Positions 58,218-64,000 of a DNA stretch of 64,000 bases are shown here, one piece after another. Each line of letters opens with the position of its first letter. The stretch's first letter is position 1. The translations under genes were made by a program, and so were the position numbers. This DNA is from Histomonas meleagridis 2922-C6/04-290x (Eukaryota; Protista; Parabasalia), in assembly GCA_020184695.1 (NCBI GenBank), contig JAANOX010000216.1, forward strand, positions 12,034 to 76,033, written 5' to 3'. A model generated the notes under the pieces. The model saw only the letters and a list, made by a program, of their open reading frames with translations. It searched no databases and was not told where the DNA came from.

Positions 58218-58811
58218 ATGGAGAAAAATACTGACGATAGAACTTCCGACAGAGTTGACGCTAATGCTATTATTTCAATAGATATTGGTGTTAAAAACTT
58301 AGCTGTTGTAATCATTACTAATTATAAAACCAGTTTAAAAGATATATCTATAAAATTCAATTTATACAATTTAAATGATTATAATTATAACTGTGACAGT
58401 ATTATTGTAAATAGATGTCTTGCTATAAGTAATATATTTAAAGAATTAACTGCAAAATATAATATACAACAAGTAGTTATTGAAAGACAAGTTATTCAAA
58501 ATACTGTTGCTAATAGATTGTTATATTCTATAATTACTGCTGCTTTAAATTATACAGATAATATTATTATATTTAATCCTGTAGATAAATTCATTAAATT
58601 AGATATTAAATATACTACTAAAAATAAATCTCATAAAAAACTTAGTATTGATCTTATAAAGAATTTTTTATACAATATTGATAATGAGAGTTTAATTACA
58701 TTTAATTCATTTGTTAAAAAGGATGATTTAGCAGATGCTTTATTACAAGGTCTTATAGTTATAGCTAAGAATAATAGTCAGTTAATAGAACTTCGAGAAA
58801 TGGTGATATAA
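58218..58811 (+). CDS. Poxvirus A22-like / NCLDV RuvC-type Holliday junction resolvase
   Basis: IISIDIGVKNLAVV (motif I Asp), VVIERQ (Glu) and KKDDLADALLQG (two C-terminal Asp). All four RuvC catalytic acids are present. Confidence 0.85.
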   Translation: MEKNTDDRTSDRVDANAIISIDIGVKNLAVVIITNYKTSLKDISIKFNLYNLNDYNYNCDSIIVNRCLAISNIFKELTAKYNIQQVVIERQVIQNTVANRLLYSIITAALNYTDNIIIFNPVDKFIKLDIKYTTKNKSHKKLSIDLIKNFLYNIDNESLITFNSFVKKDDLADALLQGLIVIAKNNSQLIELREMVI

Positions 58812-59039
58812 ATAATAATACACAGCAAAGCTGTAATCAGCATATAAGCTGACTGTTATTTTTGGTCATAGAGACATTATTATACAAGATATATTATTTT
58901 GAAGGTATTGATTTTTAAAGTATTGATTTTTAGATGTATTTTTTAACAGTGATATTTTATTAATTATTTTAGAATTAATTATTTTGAAGATTAATTTTTA
59001 GACGTATTATTTTTGGAGGTGGTATGATCCTGTCATCTT

Positions 59040-59170
59040 ATATATCACTCATAACAGTATATCACTCAATAACTCACACATAACAGTATATCACTCAATA
59101 ACTCACACATAACAGTATATCACTCAAATATATCACTCAATAACTCACTCATAACAGAGTCACTAACAAC
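59040..59170 (+). repeat. Iteron-like short repeats (TATATCACTC / ATAACTCAC / ATAACAG)
   Basis: About five TATATCACTC copies in a C-rich patch within about 85% AT DNA. Confidence 0.7.
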
Positions 59171-59477
59171 ATATCACATATCAACAGTATTATTATCAAC
59201 AGTATTATTATCAATGTATATTTTATTAATTATTTTATTATTTTTGCACGTTATTTTTATATTGTTATTTTTTAACAGTATTGATTTTTAGATGTATTAT
59301 TTTTTGAAAGTATTGATTTTTGATGGTGCTCCCAAAAAGGTGGACCCTATATATGAGCTATTTGGTGTTTGATTTTTGATGGTAGTTGTTTTAAATATAT
59401 TTTTTGTAAATTCATTATTTTGAAGTTATTATTGACAGAGCTATTATCAATAGTATTATTTTACCATATATAAATAC

Positions 59478-60038
59478 ATGACTTATTGTAAAGGGTTTAA
59501 TATTAATATTTCTAAAGATATAACCAAATCAGAATATTTAATGATTTGTAAAGAACTAACTGTAAAATTAAATGATTATTACAATCTATATCATAAAGAT
59601 TATCATTTTAAACTAAATGTTATTCCAGAAGCTATTACAGAAGGTGGTTTTCAAATCAAATTTTACACAAAAAATGTTAGAGAAAAAGACTATTACAAAT
59701 CTATGAGAATAATTAACACTGATGATTTATACAAATATGTAAATAAATATCCTTTTGTAGAAAGAGATTATACTGAAACATGGATTGATAATAATGATAT
59801 TGTTTATAAGGCTAATAAATACACAAAAACCTTCCTAAAAGCATTTTATAAAGCAAATCGTTGGAATAGAGATGAATTAAAGATATTTCTTGAAATATTT
59901 AAAAAACATGGTATTTACTTAGTAAATTTATTCCCGAAAGATAAGATGTTAGATACAATTATTAATAATTATACTCCTTTTAGAATTAATAATGAAGATA
60001 AATGTTATATTAAAACTAAATTAAATGATTTTAAATAA
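59478..60038 (+). CDS. Element-borne hypothetical protein, possibly related to uncharacterised giant-virus ORFs
   Basis: 186-codon ORF with the element's AT-rich codon usage. Motifs are PEAITEGG, YKSMR, TFLKAFY and WNRDELKIF. Confidence 0.7.
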   Translation: MTYCKGFNINISKDITKSEYLMICKELTVKLNDYYNLYHKDYHFKLNVIPEAITEGGFQIKFYTKNVREKDYYKSMRIINTDDLYKYVNKYPFVERDYTETWIDNNDIVYKANKYTKTFLKAFYKANRWNRDELKIFLEIFKKHGIYLVNLFPKDKMLDTIINNYTPFRINNEDKCYIKTKLNDFK

Positions 60039-60126
60039 AAGGTTTTGATTAAAGATTATATATTTTGAAGATTTATTATTTTGAATATTAATTTTTATTA
60101 TTTTATTATTTTGAAGATATTATCGA

Positions 60127-60245
60127 CAGTATTATTATAACAGTATTATTATAACAGTATTATTATAACAGTATTATTATAACAGTATTATTATAACAGT
60201 ATTATTATCAACAGTATTATTTATCAACAGTATTATTATCAACAG
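60127..60245 (+). repeat. 14-bp tandem repeat AACAGTATTATTAT, about 8 copies
   Basis: Directly visible. Confidence 0.85.
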
Positions 60246-61338
60246 TGTATATATTTATTAATTATTTTAGAATTTATTATTTTGAATATTAATTTTTATG
60301 AGATTTATTTATAAGATTAATTTATTAACAGTGTATATATTTTATTAATTATTTTAGAATTTATTATTTTTGTTCAATGATTATTTTTTATACATTTTTT
60401 TTGAAGGTCCGATCTCCGATATTTTACTCTCTACTCAATTTGTAAATTGTAACCATATGTTGACATGGAATATCGGAGTATTAGATATTGACAGTAAATC
60501 TTTTGATGCTTTAATCGGTTACAGGGTTACAAGGTTACAGCCAATCCCTTTTATAAATTGTCGGAAACCCTACTTTCTACTTTTACTTAAGAACTTTTTA
60601 AGTACTTTTTCAACATATGTTTATTATAAAACTGATGTGAAATATATATATATTAACGTATTATAATAATGATGTTTTTAAAAAATACACATTTATATAT
60701 AATTATTAATAATTTAACCAAAAATAATATAACTGTTAAATAATATGTACTTCACAATAATAATCTGGTAATAATATATATCTTTACATTATATTGTCGA
60801 AATATGTGTATTTAGAAGTTCTATTTTGAAGTATAATACTAAGAAATTAACTCTCTAGAATGATATATCTTTACATAATAACTGTTAAATAATATATTCT
60901 CATAATAATAACTGTTTAAATATAACTACTGAAATATAAATATCATATATAATTAATTGTCAATAATATATCTTCACAATAATAACTTCTAAAAAACAAT
61001 GATTTGTTGAAATATAACTGTTGAAATATAACTGCTAACATATAACTGTCGAGATATGAGCTTATTTGGTGTTTGATTTTTCAAGTTAATTGTTTTTAAA
61101 TTTTAAATCATTTTTTTTATATATATAACGTCATAAGGCAGATCTCTCTTTAGACTCATTAATTAGATCATTAGCTTTCAAAATTCCTTGCGTTTGGTGC
61201 TTCATTTTTAAAATATATTTTTGTAAATTCATTATTTTGAAGTTATTATTTTGAAGTTATTATTTTTGAAGTTATTATTTTGAAGTTATTATTTTGAGAT
61301 TGATGTTATAGAGATTGATGTATACAGATATATTATTT

Positions 61339-61830
61339 AAGAGATATATTATTAAAAGTATTATTATTTTGAGATTTATTTTAAAAAATCCAAGTGTCTT
61401 CGTGTCTTTACTGTCTTTAGAGACATCACATTACTATGAAAATTGGTGGCACAACGGCAAAAAGGCACAAATTATTAACAGATTTATTATTAACAGCACT
61501 GATATATTAGAGATTTATTTTTCAAAAGTTTATTATTATAAGTATTATATATTAACAGATTGATGTATATATAGAGATTTATTTTTTAAAAGTTTATTAT
61601 TAACAGTATTATTATTAACAGTATTATTTTTAACAGTATTATTTTTGTTTATAGATTCATTATTAACAGTATTATTATTTAAGAGATATATTATTAAAAG
61701 TATTATTATTTTGAGATTTATTTTAAAAAATCAAAGTGTCTTCGTGTCTTTACTGTCTTTAGAGACATCACATTACTATGAAAATTGGTGGCACAACGGC
61801 AAAAAGGCACAAATTATTAACAGATTTATT
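61339..61830 (+). repeat. About 150-bp direct repeat (two copies, 342-bp period) carrying the GGCACAACGGCAAAAAGGCACA motif
   Basis: The blocks starting near 61339 and 61681 are nearly identical. Confidence 0.85.
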
Positions 61831-62231
61831 ATTATAAATTTTTATTATTAACAGTATTATTTTGTTTATAGGTTTATTATTTTTGAGATTTATTTTTATA
61901 GTTTTATTATTATACGTATTATTATTATAAGTATTATTTTTAAAAGTATTATTATTTAGAGATTCATTATTATAAGATTTATTATTATAAGTTTTATTAT
62001 TATAGATTTATTATTATAAGTATTATTTTTAAAAACATATTGTTGAATGAATTATTATTGAAAACAAAATTAATATACAGTAAAAAATATATAATATATA
62101 TTGTTTTATATGCATTTTGCTGTCAAAAACCTCATAGTTTTAATATCTCATCTAAAGACATAAAGACAGAGTAAAAATAATGAATTGATTCAATATGTTA
62201 TTTATTATATTCTATTATTATTTCTGTTATT

Positions 62232-63870
62232 TCAATCTTCATCATCATTATCATAATAATTTACAGTTTGATGATATATCTCTTTACACTCATCTTTCAG
62301 GAAGTAATAATACGGTTTTTTACCATCGCGTCTAAGTTGTTTTCTAATACATTTATCCTTAAGATGTAATGTAAAAGATCTTTCTTTAATTTCTTGTGGT
62401 CTAGTAAGTAATGCATCTGAACATAACATACCTTTACATAATTCATCATAATTATTACATATCCATACATCAATAGGGTTTCTACTAGCTTCTATAAGAT
62501 CTTGTTTAGCTTCTGTTAAAGGTATAATTCTAGGGTTAAATTCACTAATATCTCGTTTTATAAAGAATGTTAATAAATTATTATAAAATTCTGTATTTAA
62601 ACCGTTATATAAAGTATCCCAATAATTATGATTATTTTTATATTTACCGTTACAAGCTAATACAACATATCTCCTATCACCAGACTCTATTTTAACGGGA
62701 TAACTGTTATTAGTAATAAATATTAAATTAGAAACGTTTTCAGATGTTCTTCTAGGTTGATTTTTTTCATTAATTCTAATGGTTTTATCAGTAATAATTG
62801 ATTTCAAAGTATCAAAATTAGCTAATCTATCTTCTCCAACATTCTTTAATTCATTAAGTATTAATAACATTTTACTCTCTACAACACTGTTAAAAGTACC
62901 TGTTAATTCACCAATTTGATTAATATTATTTTCGCTATAACCACTTAATAATTCACACAATATATCTGTAAATGTATTCTTACCTATACCTTGTAAACCT
63001 TTCAAAACAATAGCTGTTTCAGTCTTTTTCCCAGGATTTTGAATTATAAAAGATATCCAATTTAACAAATAATTATATATTTCTTCATTATTATCAGCAA
63101 TTACTTCATGAATAAGACTTAAAAAGTTAGATATTACTTCTGTATTTATATTTTCAACAGTATTATATTTAAAACCATTAAATATTGAAAATATATCTTT
63201 ATCAGTAGGACTATAAAACATAACTCCTTTAACAGATAACCTTGATTGATAAGCTATAAAAGCATCATAAACTGTTATATATTTTCTATCATCTTTCCAA
63301 AGTTTTATCATTTTAAGTGACTCTTTCATATTAGTATTTGTCATATAACCAATAACATATTTATTATTTATAGTATCATATGTTTTAATAATAAACATCA
63401 AATTATTACTTTCTACAAACCTTATTACTTTAGATAGATCTTCAATAACATCTTTATAAGTTTTATATAAATGTTTTTCAGCTTTATTTCTAATATTTCG
63501 CATTGAAAAATTATCATTTAAATCTATATTACTTATTTTAATTTCTTCTTCTGTTATATCGGTTTTTATAAATTTATTATAATATTCTTTGTTATGATAT
63601 TTTAACATATTAATTAATACATAAGGATTTGTTTTCATATTTATATATCTTTTTCTAGCATTATTATAATTAGATTTAGCATTAGGAGTTAAATTACTGT
63701 TTTCAAATATATAGTCATAAGCATCATTTATAACATCATTTGGTAAAGAATTAATAGCTTGAAATAGTGTAAATAAAGTAATTTCTTTAGTAATAGGTTG
63801 ATTTTCTCCATCATTATGTATCTCTACTTCTTCAAAACCATATATTAAAGTTCTAGCAAATTCAATAGTA
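62232..63870 (-). CDS. D5-like (SF3) primase-helicase C-terminal part; 5' end interrupted or missing
   Basis: Walker A GKKTETAIVLKGLQGIGKNTF, Walker B LLILNE, motif C NLIFITNN, and ESGDRRYVV. The track N-terminus MEACCVCVC comes from a (TG)n microsatellite. Confidence 0.9.
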
Positions 63871-64000
63871 CACACACACACACAGCAGGCCTCCATTCCT
63901 TCGGAATTTCATCCTGCACTTCGCTTCGCTCGGTGTGTGCTCTCAGCTCATTATCATTCGCTTCGAGAATAAAATTAAATTTTGAAAGCATATATCCTAA

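Larger units (their letters stand above)
54214..64000. mobile_element. Endogenous NCLDV/Polinton-like DNA element (partial; continues beyond the window)
   Basis: Abrupt compositional change, an A22-like RuvC resolvase, a D5-like SF3 helicase, and a dense mosaic of direct and inverted repeats. No integrase, pPolB or capsid gene is visible in the window. Confidence 0.75.

Noticed and set aside
61315-61851. Two similar short ORFs (...HYYENWWHNGKKAQ...)
   Set aside because: Both are translations of the non-coding direct repeat carrying the 22-mer motif; the same motif occurs elsewhere without an ORF.
1-64000. Alternative genetic code (TAA/TAG read as Gln)
   Set aside because: Housekeeping ORFs are long and end at TAA/TAG in the standard code, and reassignment would not fix the frame-shifting spacers.
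54214-64000. Calling the element a canonical Maverick/Polinton
   Set aside because: No integrase, protein-primed polymerase, packaging ATPase, capsid gene, AG-repeat terminus or target-site duplication is visible in this window.

Overview
AT-rich eukaryotic DNA, most consistent with a parabasalid (trichomonad, possibly Tritrichomonas-like). This is inferred from intron-free housekeeping genes, DUF3447-type ankyrin genes, a BspA-like surface protein, trichomonad-type alpha-actinin, and Inr/M3-like promoter motifs. Ordinary genes include poly(A) polymerase, Yip1, CFAP57-like, an alpha/beta hydrolase, PCID2-like, a PWI protein, a Rab, a CCZ1-like protein and an XPG-family protein. Two unusual systems stand out. 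(1) Six ankyrin loci plus one solo module (about 80 modules by hand count) have every 87-90-nt ankyrin module separated from the next by an AT-rich intervening sequence. It always sits at the D-x-x-G-x-T beta-hairpin, has no GT-AG ends and no trichomonad branch-point motif, and is built from about 20-nt units (mostly 60/63/80/83 nt; up to 260 nt in the homogenised arrays). It breaks the frame or carries in-frame stops, yet the modules look like conserved coding sequence. This points to non-canonical excision, recoding, or a cassette/diversification system. (2) From 54.2 kb to the window end lies an NCLDV/Polinton-like element with a poxvirus A22-like RuvC resolvase, a D5-like SF3 helicase, iteron-like repeats and a 2.46-kb palindrome that truncates an ankyrin array. 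Homopolymer-associated frameshifts suggest a long-read consensus with residual errors, so single frameshifts, repeat copy numbers and the palindrome need read-level confirmation. All counts and lengths were made by hand from the sequence; no searches were run.
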